Shown one piece after another: positions 20,107-31,128 of a DNA stretch of 64,000 nucleotides; positions within the stretch are counted from its first letter, which is position 1; the number at the start of each line of letters is the position of its first letter. The position numbers and the translations under genes were made by a program. The notes beneath the pieces were generated by a model that saw nothing but the letters and a program-made list of their open reading frames with translations, was not told the origin of the DNA and did no database searches. The stretch spans positions 4,128,001 through 4,192,000 of the forward strand of contig OZ243938.1 of the NCBI GenBank assembly GCA_965214095.1. The letters run 5' to 3'. This DNA comes from Candidatus Poribacteria bacterium (lineage in GTDB: Bacteria > Poribacteria > WGA-4E > WGA-3G).

Positions 20107-21153
20107 TCAACCGTCTCCAAACTTCTTCCGAAACAGTGCTATCGTGTCGTGATCAGGATGATTTGGCAGTTCAGCAGGAGCTTCCCAACCTTCATCAACT
20201 TCAGTCAGTTTCACAGGTTTCCCATCGTTTTCCAAGATAGATTTCCAACCTGCAAGGAAAACGTTAGTCTTATGCATAATCTGTCCATAGGTCTGTGGCA
20301 TTTCGTTATGCAGTGCCATATTTTGGAATGACCAGATTGTCGGAATCCATATTTCTGTCTTGTCAAACGGGAAGCCAGTACCAGTGTGGATTCTGAAATT
20401 CTCTCCACCATAAGCAGCAGATGTGTGTATCTGCACAGTACCCCATGAACCGCTTACCTGATGAAGTGTTCCATAAAACTTATGTCCCTCACCGTTCACA
20501 TGTTCTATTGTAATGACACCGGGTGGACTATGCCAACTGTCCGCCTGATATGAAACAGACACTACGGGATTTCCTGCCTCAACAATTGCCTTACACACCA
20601 TATAGACTCCGTGTATGCCGTGTGTTGGGTAGTCATCAAATGAATTGGTGGCAGTATAACATACAATCTGTTTATCACTTGCCCATGCCTTTGCCCGTGA
20701 AATTGCATCGTTATGTTCGTGGCTTGATGGAACAAGTATAGGCGCACCATATTTTTCACCTAAAACGACCAATTTTCGTGCTTTTCCCAGAGAATTGGAA
20801 AAAGGACGATTGATTAGGTTCGGCAAACCTGCTTCAAGATAAGGTTCATGCAGAATGTGATTCCACGGATGGTTATAGTATCCACCTGAAATTACACCAT
20901 CTACTTTACCTAACATGTCATCAAAATTTTTGACCGCCTCACAACCGTATTCTTTTGCGATTGCTTGTGCTTTATCGTCCTCAATGTCCCAACAGTGTGT
21001 GATACGCATTCCTGTGAATGGGTTATCTTTCTGACCGACTCTTGGATTTATTGCGGGTGCCCACAACGGCATGTGTGAATACGATGATACATTTAGAAAA
21101 CCAACGCGGAAAGGTTCATATTCCTGTTGATGTGTTTCATTAGGTGCTTGCAT
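20107..21153 (-). CDS. Gfo/Idh/MocA-like oxidoreductase fold protein
   Basis: RITHCWD..., DDMLGKVDGVI, PYLEAGLPNLINRPF and YPTHGIHGV resemble divergent Gfo/Idh/MocA proteins. Confidence 0.6.
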   Translation of the reverse strand: MQAPNETHQQEYEPFRVGFLNVSSYSHMPLWAPAINPRVGQKDNPFTGMRITHCWDIEDDKAQAIAKEYGCEAVKNFDDMLGKVDGVISGGYYNHPWNHILHEPYLEAGLPNLINRPFSNSLGKARKLVVLGEKYGAPILVPSSHEHNDAISRAKAWASDKQIVCYTATNSFDDYPTHGIHGVYMVCKAIVEAGNPVVSVSYQADSWHSPPGVITIEHVNGEGHKFYGTLHQVSGSWGTVQIHTSAAYGGENFRIHTGTGFPFDKTEIWIPTIWSFQNMALHNEMPQTYGQIMHKTNVFLAGWKSILENDGKPVKLTEVDEGWEAPAELPNHPDHDTIALFRKKFGDG

Positions 21154-21295
21154 ATTTATCTCCTTTGAGCGAATGTCAACTTCAGTTTTTCCTCATGTCA
21201 GTATAAAGAAATTGCAAAATGTCCTGAAAGATTGCGTATACTTTATAGCACTGGATTGCAAATGTCAATAATAATCACCTTTTAAATACACATTA

Positions 21296-22075
21296 CTACC
21301 ATGTATCTCGCACACTCACGCCTTCATCTGAGAGATAGTCTTTGATGCCCTCAATCGTGAATTCACCGTAATGTGTAATAGAAGCAACGATGGCAGCATC
21401 TGCATTGCTCTCAACAAAAACATCGCGTAGGTGTTGTGGGTTACCCGCACCTCCAGAAGCGATAACTGGCACAGGTACAAGCTCTGCAATTTTCCCTGTC
21501 AGTTCCAATTCATATCCTGCCTTTGTGCCATCGGCATCAATACTATTGACGACAATCTCACCTGCACCTAAATCTACGCCACGGGAAGACCATTCCAGTG
21601 CATCCCATCCGACAGGCTTTCGTCCACCATCAATATAGATTTCATATCCGCTTGGAATTTGTTCACTCTTTGGAACTTTTTTCACCTGCATACTCAAGAC
21701 GACACATTGACTGCCAAATGCGTGTGCACCTTCCGAGATTATATCAGGATTTCGCACTGCACCAGAATCTATACTTACCTTTTCTGCCCCAGCAAGTAAC
21801 ACGCGTCGCATATCCTCAAGTGTCCGCAACCCACCACCTACAGAAAATGGAATAAATATCTCTGAAGCGACTGCAGAAACAACATCAATCATAATGTCGC
21901 GCCGTTCATTGCTTGCGGTGATGTCATAAAAGACAAGCTCATCTGCACCACCTTCGTAATAAAAACGTGCCATTTCCACAGGGTCACCAACATCAACATT
22001 ACCTTGAAAAGCAATGCCTTTGGTAACCTTTCCATCACGTACATCTAAACATGGTATTATCCGTTTTGTTAGCAT
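21296..22075 (-). CDS. hisF: Imidazole glycerol phosphate synthase cyclase subunit
   Basis: [56 protein letters not shown]. Confidence 0.97.
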   Translation of the reverse strand: MLTKRIIPCLDVRDGKVTKGIAFQGNVDVGDPVEMARFYYEGGADELVFYDITASNERRDIMIDVVSAVASEIFIPFSVGGGLRTLEDMRRVLLAGAEKVSIDSGAVRNPDIISEGAHAFGSQCVVLSMQVKKVPKSEQIPSGYEIYIDGGRKPVGWDALEWSSRGVDLGAGEIVVNSIDADGTKAGYELELTGKIAELVPVPVIASGGAGNPQHLRDVFVESNADAAIVASITHYGEFTIEGIKDYLSDEGVSVRDTW

Positions 22076-22096
22076 ATTCTCCTCTAATCCAATGAA

Positions 22097-23746
22097 CTAT
22101 TGATTTTGAAATCTCCGTTTAAATATATTTAAAATGTCATCAAATTCTGAAACCTTCAACAATTTATACATCGCAGCCAATGCCAACACACTAAATCCAA
22201 TCGGAACGAATACGTTTACACTACGCGGAATGATCCCCTCAGTTCCAAGTAAGTCTTGCTCAATAACCCCATTTGTTAACCAACACACAATACCCATCAC
22301 TGCTGAAGCAATTATGATCTTAAATGTCAATAAGATTACCGGTTTTAGACCTAACCGCCCAACTTTTCGACGGAGCAGTAGTAATAAAACACCACTATTG
22401 ATTGTTACAGTCAGCACGGTTGAGAATACTACCGCTCGTGGATCTAAAATAAGTTCACGGAAGATAAACATATAATTGAGGAATATATTGAGTGCCACAC
22501 CGCATAAACTGACTATTACGGGTGCACGGATGTCTTTGTAAGCATAAAAACCATCCGTAACAATCTTAAGTGCAGAAAACCCACACAATCCAAAAGCATA
22601 AACGAACAAAATGCCGCCTGTAGCGATGGTATCAGATTCTACATAAGCCCCTCGTTCATAAAGCAAACGACAGATTGACGTTGACAATACCATCAAACCG
22701 ATAGATGCAGGAATAATCACAGTCAACATCAGACGGATAGCATAAGAGAGAGAATTACGAAATTGTTCAGTTTCACCTGTGTTAGCGTATTTAGCTAATT
22801 GCGGAAGTGCTACTGTAGAGATTGCCACCCCGAATATACCGAGAGGCAGATGCATGATACGATATGCTCCCTGCATCCACGGCAGCCACTCATCCCCAGT
22901 GGTGATAAACCATGTATTTACCAGCTGATTTATCGGAACAGCAGCAACACCTAAGATAGCAGGACCAATCAATCGCAACACTTCACGGACCCGCGTATCT
23001 TTCAAACTCAAGAGCGGTTTATACCTAAATCCAACCCGGTACATTGACGGTACTTGTATCAGGAATTGCGCAATTCCACCAACAACGACACCGACTGACA
23101 TGCCGGTGGTCGGATGCATTCCAAGTGCCTGACAGAGGTAGTAACCGCTGATACCAATTACAAGCGAACTAAAATTAAAAAAAGTTGAAGCACTTGCAGG
23201 TATACCAAATTTCCCTTTGCTATTTAACAATCCCATCGCTATGGCAGCAAGAGAAACAAAAAGCAGGTATGGAAACATCAGTTGTGTCAAATATATGGTT
23301 AATTCTACCTTTGTATCAAATCCGAAATGTTTGCTACTATCTAAAATCTCGTCAAAATCCTCTCGCGCTAATACCTCAACAATAGTAGGCGCGAATGCAA
23401 TTCCTAATGCAACAATGCATATTAAGACAACGCAAGTCAGATTGAAAATGCGGTTTGCAAGATTCCACGCTGCTTCCTCTCCATCTTCGGCTTCCGTAGC
23501 AATAAACGTTGTGATAAATGCCTTACTTAATATGCCCTCACCGAACATATCACGTAGGAAATTGGGTATACGGAATGCAAGGTGAAAAGCACTCGCACCA
23601 AGTTTTGTAGGAAAATAGTTGAATATCACTATCTCCCGTGCAAGTCCAAGTAACCTTGATCCCATCACTGCAAGACTTACTATTCCTGCAGCACGGGTAA
23701 CATTTTGATTCTGATCCTCAGTGGTTTGCGTTGCTATTTCTTCCAT
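22097..23746 (-). CDS. murJ: Lipid II flippase MurJ
   Basis: SRLLGLARE, AFRIPNFLRDMFGEG, LPLGIFGVAISTVALP; multi-TM. Confidence 0.95.
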   Translation of the reverse strand: MEEIATQTTEDQNQNVTRAAGIVSLAVMGSRLLGLAREIVIFNYFPTKLGASAFHLAFRIPNFLRDMFGEGILSKAFITTFIATEAEDGEEAAWNLANRIFNLTCVVLICIVALGIAFAPTIVEVLAREDFDEILDSSKHFGFDTKVELTIYLTQLMFPYLLFVSLAAIAMGLLNSKGKFGIPASASTFFNFSSLVIGISGYYLCQALGMHPTTGMSVGVVVGGIAQFLIQVPSMYRVGFRYKPLLSLKDTRVREVLRLIGPAILGVAAVPINQLVNTWFITTGDEWLPWMQGAYRIMHLPLGIFGVAISTVALPQLAKYANTGETEQFRNSLSYAIRLMLTVIIPASIGLMVLSTSICRLLYERGAYVESDTIATGGILFVYAFGLCGFSALKIVTDGFYAYKDIRAPVIVSLCGVALNIFLNYMFIFRELILDPRAVVFSTVLTVTINSGVLLLLLRRKVGRLGLKPVILLTFKIIIASAVMGIVCWLTNGVIEQDLLGTEGIIPRSVNVFVPIGFSVLALAAMYKLLKVSEFDDILNIFKRRFQNQ

Positions 23747-23905
23747 ATATGGTTGTCATTTTCTAATGTTGCTAATAGTCAAAGATAACGAAGCACAGTA
23801 AATGTTGAAATGATCCTGTTTTTTGTTGAACATCATAATTTGATTTTAGATGCTTGACATCTACGCTAAATTCGTATAAATTGATGAAAAACAAAGGAGC
23901 AAATA

Positions 23906-24286
23906 ATGCAAGAAACAAGATATTTTACGGTTGAAGAAGCAAACGCATGTATTCCAGATTTGAACATAGACATCACCGACCTACTTGAATTGAAGGACCA
24001 ACTGGAGGAACTTCACGCAGAACTTACACCTTTCTTAGAGGTAATTCCCCACAACGGCGGGAATAAAAACGCACTTTTACTCATGCGGACAGGAGACAAA
24101 CTCAGGGAAATTGTCAGACGAATTGAACAACTCGGTTGTCATCTCAAAGGACTTGACCCCGCATTAGTTGATTTTCCACACATCCGTGATGGTAAAGAAG
24201 TTTATCTCTGTTGGCGATACGGTGAAAAGGAGATCGGGTATTGGCATGAAATTGATAACGGTTTTGCTGGACGAAAACCTTTATAA
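23906..24286 (+). CDS. DUF2203 family protein
   Basis: FTVEEANA, LVDFP...EVYLCWRYGE..I.YWH...GFAGRKPL. Confidence 0.85.
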   Translation: MQETRYFTVEEANACIPDLNIDITDLLELKDQLEELHAELTPFLEVIPHNGGNKNALLLMRTGDKLREIVRRIEQLGCHLKGLDPALVDFPHIRDGKEVYLCWRYGEKEIGYWHEIDNGFAGRKPL

Positions 24287-25072
24287 TTAATTCAAAAAAT
24301 AGAAATGGTTGGTAGGACCGTGGCCATGTCCAATTTCCAATGCATGTTTTATGGCATTCGTAATATAAGTTTTTGACACTTGAATTGCCTCAATTAGATC
24401 CTTCCCAAGTGCCAGATGTGTAGCAATAGCAGCTGAATAAGTACATCCAGTGCCGTGTGTGTTTTCTGTTTCAATACGTTCCGATTCAAAAAATGTCCAA
24501 TCACTGTCTGTGTAAAGCACATCTATTGCCTTTTCATCATCAAGATGTCCACCCTTGACAAGTACGGCTTTACAACCCAATTTTGCAATAGTTTTCGCTG
24601 CAGATTTGGCATCATCAGTAGTCTGTATTTCCTGTTCAGCGAGAAGTTCTGCTTCATAGATATTCGGTGTGATAACTGTAGCAAGTGGAATTAATGAGAG
24701 CCTGAGACTGTTGATCGCTTCCGCTTTTAGTAGTGGAAACTTACTTTTGGAAATCATCACGGGATCCACCACTATGGCTTGAGGTGAGTATTGCCGTAAC
24801 TTCTGTGCAACTGTTTCAACAATTACTGACGATGAGAGCATTCCTGTCTTGACACTGGCAACATCAAAATCGGAAAATACTGCGTCCAGTTGTGCGTCTA
24901 TCAATTGGATAGGTAAATCGAATGCATCTGTGACCGCAACCGTGTTCTGTGCTGTTACGGATGTAATCGCAGACATAGCGAACCCGCCATTTGCAGAAAT
25001 TGCTTTGATATCCGCTTGTATCCCGGCACCACCCCCTGAATCTGAACCTGCAATGGTTAAAATTTGTTTCAT
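24287..25072 (-). CDS. thiD: Hydroxymethylpyrimidine/phosphomethylpyrimidine kinase
   Basis: [49 protein letters not shown]. Confidence 0.97.
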   Translation of the reverse strand: MKQILTIAGSDSGGGAGIQADIKAISANGGFAMSAITSVTAQNTVAVTDAFDLPIQLIDAQLDAVFSDFDVASVKTGMLSSSVIVETVAQKLRQYSPQAIVVDPVMISKSKFPLLKAEAINSLRLSLIPLATVITPNIYEAELLAEQEIQTTDDAKSAAKTIAKLGCKAVLVKGGHLDDEKAIDVLYTDSDWTFFESERIETENTHGTGCTYSAAIATHLALGKDLIEAIQVSKTYITNAIKHALEIGHGHGPTNHFYFLN

Positions 25073-25261
25073 AACTCCCCTTTATTAGTTCTATGTTCAA
25101 TAGGTAATATCTAATTTATTTATCATATTACACTTTGCTCATCTTCACAAATTATATCATTGATTATTGACTCAGTGCAAGTGTGTTAAATTCATCTTGA
25201 TATATGGCACTCTATCTGTTAAAATGACTCACAATTCATTTTTTAAGATTAGGAGTGCTTC

Positions 25262-26122
25262 ATGATATTTGGACAAGGAACACATCAGTATACAGTGGAA
25301 GAAAATTGGTGGACATTACCAGATGGTTGGGAATTCGGTTGGATTCCCGCTGTCGCAGTTGATTCTCAGGATCGCGTTTATGTCTATAGTCGTAGCGAAC
25401 ATCCGATGGTCGTGTTTGACCGAGATGGTAATTTCTTAACTTCGTGGGGAGATGACATCCTCAAAGATGCACACGGTATCTTCATAGATGATGAGGACAA
25501 TGTTTTCTGCGTAGAACGTGAAACGCACGTCATGCATAAGTTCACAACGGATGGCGAACTGTTGATGACACTCGGAACAATGGATCAACCCGGTGCAGAA
25601 GGTGAACCTTTCAATTTACCAACAGATTTAGCACTCGGTCCGGATGGAGAAATGTTTATCAGTGACGGCTACGGTAATGCACGTATCCACAAGTTTTCTC
25701 CTGAAGGTGAGTTGATTAAATCTTGGGGAAAACCGGGAACAGGTCCAGGCGAATTTGACCTGCCTCATTGTGTTCGTGTTGACCCGCGTAATAGAGTGAT
25801 GGTCGCAGATCGTGAAAACAACCGCATCCAGTTCTTCACCTTGGATGGAGAATATATTGAAGAGTGGGGAGACCTTCTCGAACCCGACACAATTTATATT
25901 GACGAAGACGAACTTGTGTATATTGCTGAACTTGGACAGCGCGTATCAATAATGACGTTAGATGGTGAAGTAGTATCTCAATGGGGTAGCGAACGTGGTA
26001 GCACTGTCCCTGGTGAGTTTCTTGCATGTCCACACGGTATCTGGTTAGACTCACACGGAGATATATACGTTGGTGAGGTTCAAGCGGACGCAAGGTTACA
26101 AAAATATATTCGTCAGAAATAA
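25262..26122 (+). CDS. NHL-repeat protein (peptidyl-alpha-hydroxyglycine lyase-like family)
   Basis: AVAVDSQDRVY, DAHGIFID, FISDGYGNARIHKF, VADRENNRIQFF. Confidence 0.85.
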   Translation: MIFGQGTHQYTVEENWWTLPDGWEFGWIPAVAVDSQDRVYVYSRSEHPMVVFDRDGNFLTSWGDDILKDAHGIFIDDEDNVFCVERETHVMHKFTTDGELLMTLGTMDQPGAEGEPFNLPTDLALGPDGEMFISDGYGNARIHKFSPEGELIKSWGKPGTGPGEFDLPHCVRVDPRNRVMVADRENNRIQFFTLDGEYIEEWGDLLEPDTIYIDEDELVYIAELGQRVSIMTLDGEVVSQWGSERGSTVPGEFLACPHGIWLDSHGDIYVGEVQADARLQKYIRQK

Positions 26123-26214
26123 GGAATCGTGGTTTTATTGCGAAGAATTAGCATGGGTTTATCTTGATATTTTCCAGAAAAAAGTCGTAATAAATACTCC
26201 TGAAGGTTAAACAG

Positions 26215-27630
26215 ATGACTGAAAACTTGTCTTTTTTTCAAAGAATTAATGAGTCCTTTGATAAGGCAGCAAAGTTCACAGATTACCCACAAGGACTGCT
26301 GGAACAGATAAAGATTTGCAACAGTTCATGCCATTTCACCTTTCCAATTAAACGGGACGACGGAACGATTCAGACGATTCACGGATGGCGTGCTGAACAT
26401 AGCCACCACAAACTTCCTACGAAGGGTGGAATCCGTTATAGTACATTGGTAAACGAAGATGAGATTATGGCACTTGCTGCCTTAATGACCTACAAATGTG
26501 CACTGGTGGATCTACCTTTTGGTGGGGCTAAAGGAGGAATACAACTTGATCGGAAGGAGTATTCCGAAAGTGAATTAGAACGAATCACTCGCCGCTATAC
26601 CTATGAGTTGATACAAAAGAACTATATCGGTCCGGGTATTGATGTTCCTGCCCCTGACTATGGCACAGGTGAAAACGAGATGTCGTGGATTCTTGATACA
26701 TATCTGTCAATGGCACCGGATAAGCTGGATGCCATCGCATGTGTAACAGGGAAACCGATTGAGCAAAACGGTATACGAGGACGAAAAGAGGCGACTGGTC
26801 GTGGTGTTGTCTATGGGTTGGAAGAGGTATGCAGTTATGTAGATGATATGAAAGAGGTTGGAATTCAGCCGGGACTGCGTGGAAAAACTGTTGTCATTCA
26901 AGGATTTGGAAAGGTTGGCTATCCGGCTGCAATCTATCTTAATGAAGCAGAAGCGAAAGTTATTGCAATTGCTGAAGCAGACGGTGCTATCTATAATCAA
27001 CAAGGTTTGGATATTGAAGGCATTTCTGAGTTTAGAGATGAAACCGGCTCAATTCGGAATTTTCCGGACGCAACATTTGTTGAAAATCCGCATGACATAC
27101 TTGAGTTAGAATGCGATATTTTAGTGCCAGCAGCACTTGAGAACCAGATTACCGCGGAGAATGCACCGCGTATTAAAGCACGTATCATTGCGGAAGCAGC
27201 AAACGGTCCTACAACATCAAGAGCACATGAAATCCTGAAGAAACGTGGAGCAATGATCGTTCCTGATACCTTTCTCAATGCAGGTGGTGTTACCGTTTCC
27301 TATTTTGAATGGTTGAGAAATCTATCGCACGTCGGTTTTGGTAGGTTGGCAAGACGATATGAAGAAAGTGCCTACACGGCAATGGTACACTTTATTGAAC
27401 AAGCTACAGGTTATCAATTTTCCGATGATGAACGTCAAACGGTTCATGGAGCAGATGAAACCGATCTGGTGAATTCTGGACTTCAGGATACAATGATCAA
27501 TGCTTATGAAGAAATTCGAGAAACTAGATTTAAGTACGGAAAAGATGTTGTTGATGGCAGAACAGCTGCGTATATTAATGCTATTCATAAGATTGCCCAA
27601 TCTTATATGCAACTCGGTATTTTTCCGTAG
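26215..27630 (+). CDS. gdhA: Glu/Leu/Phe/Val dehydrogenase (glutamate dehydrogenase)
   Basis: PTKGGIRY, MTYKCA, PFGGAKGG, DVPAPD, EATGRG, VIQGFGKVG, NAGGVTVSYFEW. Confidence 0.92.
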   Translation: MTENLSFFQRINESFDKAAKFTDYPQGLLEQIKICNSSCHFTFPIKRDDGTIQTIHGWRAEHSHHKLPTKGGIRYSTLVNEDEIMALAALMTYKCALVDLPFGGAKGGIQLDRKEYSESELERITRRYTYELIQKNYIGPGIDVPAPDYGTGENEMSWILDTYLSMAPDKLDAIACVTGKPIEQNGIRGRKEATGRGVVYGLEEVCSYVDDMKEVGIQPGLRGKTVVIQGFGKVGYPAAIYLNEAEAKVIAIAEADGAIYNQQGLDIEGISEFRDETGSIRNFPDATFVENPHDILELECDILVPAALENQITAENAPRIKARIIAEAANGPTTSRAHEILKKRGAMIVPDTFLNAGGVTVSYFEWLRNLSHVGFGRLARRYEESAYTAMVHFIEQATGYQFSDDERQTVHGADETDLVNSGLQDTMINAYEEIRETRFKYGKDVVDGRTAAYINAIHKIAQSYMQLGIFP

Positions 27631-27669
27631 TTCAACAAAGTAGAAAATCAATAAACAGAAGGAGTAATA

Positions 27670-28422
27670 ATGATCTGTCTCAGTGTCAATGTGAACAAAG
27701 TCGCAACATTACGAAATTCAAGGGGTGGTGATATACCCAATGTCCTAACAGCCGTTGACACCTGTATTGATGCGGGGGCACAAGGGATAACAGTACATCC
27801 TCGCGAAGATCAACGGCATATCAGACCTTCAGATGTCTATGAGATTGCCAAACACTTAAAAGAGATCAATTCAAAGAATAACACAAACATTGAATATAAT
27901 ATTGAAGGTGATCCGAGACCTGAACTGATTGATATGGTGTTAGACGTACAACCGACACAATGCACCCTTGTGCCTGTTGTTAGAGGTGAAATTACAAGTC
28001 ACACCGTTTGGGATATCAAGAAAGATGGAGAGATGCTAAAGCCCATAATTAAATCACTAAAAGATGTTGGTATCCGCGTCAGTCTGTTTAGTGGAACTGA
28101 TCTTGAACAGATAGGGCGGACGGTAGACATTGGGGCAGATAGAATTGAACTCTATACTGAACCTTATGCTATGGCAAAAACCGAGGCAGATACTACCCAC
28201 GAGTTTTCGCTTTTGAAACAGGCTGGAGCGAAAGCACTCGCAGTGGGGCTTGGAACGAATGCAGGACACGATCTCAATCTCGACAATCTTCCGTTGATGC
28301 AGCAACTACCAGGCTTACTTGAAGTATCAATCGGTCACCATCTGATGGCAGATGCACTCTATATCGGTATGACAGCAGCGGTCAAAGCTTACCGAACCGC
28401 GTTAGGACAGAATGTAAAATGA
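27670..28422 (+). CDS. pdxJ: Pyridoxine 5'-phosphate synthase
   Basis: LSVNVNKVATLRNSRG, GITVHPREDQRHI, RIELYT, NAGHDL, EVSIGH. Confidence 0.96.
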   Translation: MICLSVNVNKVATLRNSRGGDIPNVLTAVDTCIDAGAQGITVHPREDQRHIRPSDVYEIAKHLKEINSKNNTNIEYNIEGDPRPELIDMVLDVQPTQCTLVPVVRGEITSHTVWDIKKDGEMLKPIIKSLKDVGIRVSLFSGTDLEQIGRTVDIGADRIELYTEPYAMAKTEADTTHEFSLLKQAGAKALAVGLGTNAGHDLNLDNLPLMQQLPGLLEVSIGHHLMADALYIGMTAAVKAYRTALGQNVK

Positions 28423-29054
28423 TGAAATCATGTGCTATTTTCGATCTTGATGGGACGCTAATCAGTAAATCTTCAGAGAAAGTCTTTCTCAAGCATCTGA
28501 TAAGTAATGGGGAAATGCCTATATCAAATCTGCTTGCTTGGACTGCCAAGTTTCTGAAAGTCAGATCATATACAGAAGCAAAATCATACAAAATCCATTT
28601 ACGTGGTTTAGAAAAGCAAAACCTGTGCGAACTTGCTCGGGAATGTTTTGAGGTAACACTTCGTAATAGTATTGCACCAAACATTTCAATGCTAATTAAT
28701 ACGCATCGTAATGAAGGACGCACGGTTATTATAATGTCAGGTTCACTCTCATTCTTGGTGGAACTATTTCATGAACACCTTCAGACTGACATCATGGTTG
28801 CTGACCAACTTGAAGTGGAAGATGGCAGATTCACAGGTAATCGTGTTGGTCTGCGACCGTATGCAGAAAACAAAGCAGCACTTGCTCAAGCACTTGCAAC
28901 AGAACATGGCTTTGATCTTAGTTCTTCTTATGCTTATGGAAACCACCATTCTGATGTCTACAAACTGGAACTGTTTGGAAACCCTGTCGCTGTGAATCCT
29001 GATCGGGAACTCAGACGTATTGCAGCAGAAAGAAATTGGCAAGTAGAAATGTAG
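28419..29054 (+). CDS. HAD-IB family hydrolase (SerB-like)
   Basis: AIFDLDGTL, SGS, YAYGN...D...VAVNPD. Confidence 0.88.
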   Translation: MMKSCAIFDLDGTLISKSSEKVFLKHLISNGEMPISNLLAWTAKFLKVRSYTEAKSYKIHLRGLEKQNLCELARECFEVTLRNSIAPNISMLINTHRNEGRTVIIMSGSLSFLVELFHEHLQTDIMVADQLEVEDGRFTGNRVGLRPYAENKAALAQALATEHGFDLSSSYAYGNHHSDVYKLELFGNPVAVNPDRELRRIAAERNWQVEM

Positions 29055-29072
29055 TCAAGGTAGGGGACAATA

Positions 29073-29819
29073 GTGCGGCTCGAAAAATATATCTCTGATT
29101 CAGGTGTCGCATCCCGACGTGCAGTTAAGCGTTCCATTCATGATGGACTTGTTACTGTTAACGGTATAACAATAACTGTTCCTGGACATCCGATTGATGC
29201 AGAAACTGATGATATTGAATATCGTGGAGATAAGGTTGAACCAATAACAGAGCATATCTATCTTATGTTGAATAAACCACCCGGTTATTTGACAACCCGT
29301 CATGATGAACGTGACAGACCTACCGTCATGGATTTGCTAACCGACCTACCTAAGTCAATATACCCCGTTGGACGTTTAGATTTAGATACGGAAGGATTAC
29401 TGTTATTTACAAACGATGGAAATTTTGCATATCGGATGATGCATCCCAGTCATGAGGTAGAAAAAACCTATCTTGTATGGGTTAATGGTATTCCGAGTAA
29501 TCGTGGCATTGAACGTCTACGAAACGGTGTTGCTATCACCGGCGGTAAAACTGCACCTGCCAAGATTGAAGAACTGGAGGTTACTGCTACATCTGTATTG
29601 TCCAAAAATAGAAAAAGAGGTAATACTGCAGGAGTTGCAAAATATAGAGTAGTAATTCACGAAGGCAAAAAGCGACAAGTTCGTTTAATGTTTAAAGCGG
29701 TAGGACATAAGGTAATCCGTTTGAAACGGATACAGGTAGGAACGTTAGTGTTAGGTAATCTTCCACAGGGGAAGTATCGTTTTCTCACCCCTGCAGAAGT
29801 CACCTTGTTACATCCTTGA
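29073..29819 (+). CDS. rluB: RsuA/RluB-family rRNA pseudouridine synthase
   Basis: S4 domain (RLEKYISDSGVASRR), LNKPPG, YPVGRLDLDTEGLLLFTNDG, EGKKRQVRLMF. Confidence 0.85.
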   Translation: MRLEKYISDSGVASRRAVKRSIHDGLVTVNGITITVPGHPIDAETDDIEYRGDKVEPITEHIYLMLNKPPGYLTTRHDERDRPTVMDLLTDLPKSIYPVGRLDLDTEGLLLFTNDGNFAYRMMHPSHEVEKTYLVWVNGIPSNRGIERLRNGVAITGGKTAPAKIEELEVTATSVLSKNRKRGNTAGVAKYRVVIHEGKKRQVRLMFKAVGHKVIRLKRIQVGTLVLGNLPQGKYRFLTPAEVTLLHP

Positions 29820-29830
29820 TTTCTGAAATC

Positions 29831-30877
29831 TTACTGATCCTTCGGAGTTGCCTCTAAGGAATCCTGAGCGCGTTTCAACATCATCTCAGTTTGCCGTAGC
29901 AGATTTTCATTTTTCCCGTGATTAAGCAACTTCTCAAACACAACAATTGCCTTATCAAACTGCTTAAGGATATGATATGTAATTCCCAAATAGTATTGAG
30001 CAGGTTCAGACTCATTGCTTTCTGGATAATTTTCAATGACTTTTTGGAAGTGCATTACAGCTTTTTCTCCCAACTTTTCGTCACTCGGTGTTCGCTGTAG
30101 CTGCGTCGCATAAGCAACACCAATTTGTGTATGCAACTTAGTTACATTCCCTGATTCATTTTTCGTATCTTTTGCAAATACTTTTTCACTGAATGGGAGT
30201 GCTTTGTCAAGTTGTTGAATCTTCAAATATGCTAAAGCAAATTGACTGTTTAGTTCAAGATCATCTGGGAGTTTTTCACTGATTGGAAGGGCTTTTTCAA
30301 ATTGTTGACGATTTATATAGAGAATACCAATTTCTCGATTAAGTTTGAGGTCTTCAGGATTCTTCTTGTATTCCGCCAATTTTGCCTTGAATTCCATCTC
30401 TTTCTTGAGTGCCGTTTCCATTACTGGAGCGAATTTATCAGGAGGAAGATATCCTGATTGATTCGTAATTACCCCTCCATCTGGACTAACGAACACAATT
30501 GCTGGGAAACCTCTAACGCCATACTTTTCTCGTGTTTCCTCGTTTATGGGACGTTCCTCAATCTCTGGATTAACTTTGATGTTGATGAATTTATCTGAAA
30601 GTGAGATGACTTTCGCATCGGTGAAGGTGTCGGCATCCAGCCGTTTACACCAACCTCACCAATCTGTATAGAAGTCCATCATAATCGGTTTACCAGTCTC
30701 GGTGGATTGTTTTGTAGCTTCTTCTACTGTATCCACCCATTGGATTTGTGCTTCACTGGCTTCTTCGGTGGTAGTTTCATGATTATCAGCAAATACAGGG
30801 ATTGAAACTGCCATCAGTAATAGAGCAGTGAGTGCAGCAAAGTAACTGAAATGTTTTGGTACAACAGAATTAAACAT
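29831..30877 (-). CDS. Predicted selenoprotein: exported thioredoxin-fold (UxxC) protein with C-terminal TPR-like region
   Basis: ORFs 30656-30877 and 29831-30496 are in one frame. The in-frame TGA (30656-30658) gives MMDFYTDW-U-GWCKRL...YGVRGFPAIVF, and a SECIS-like hairpin follows. Confidence 0.85.
30626..30651 (-). promoter_or_regulatory. Bacterial SECIS-like hairpin
   Basis: GGTGT-AAA-CGGC-TGGAT-GCCG-ACACC immediately 3' of the UGA. The apical loop starts 16 nt after the UGA and contains G. Confidence 0.7.
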
Positions 30878-31128
30878 TAATTCTCTCCTAATTTTAATTT
30901 ACAATTAATATGTGGGTTCTGCTAAATCCACAATATATAAACCCATTCCTATAAAGTCGTATATCTTTTTGTACTTTCATAAGTATAGCAGCTATTATGA
31001 CGTCTGTCCAGAAAAATGATAAATTTGTGATTCCAGACCATTTGTAAGTTTTGCACACACCATGAATTATTATAGGTTGCAATTGCTTACTAAATTTATA
31101 CAGAAAACGATATTTTGTTCAGTATTGT

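Noticed and set aside
25073-25260. TPP riboswitch upstream of thiD
   Set aside because: I could not find the conserved CUGAGA/CCUGA aptamer core; the region looks like divergent AT-rich promoters.
30656-30877. Separate 73-aa ORF or thioredoxin pseudogene
   Set aside because: The TGA sits at the catalytic Cys position with an intact downstream frame and a SECIS-like hairpin, so Sec readthrough is more likely.
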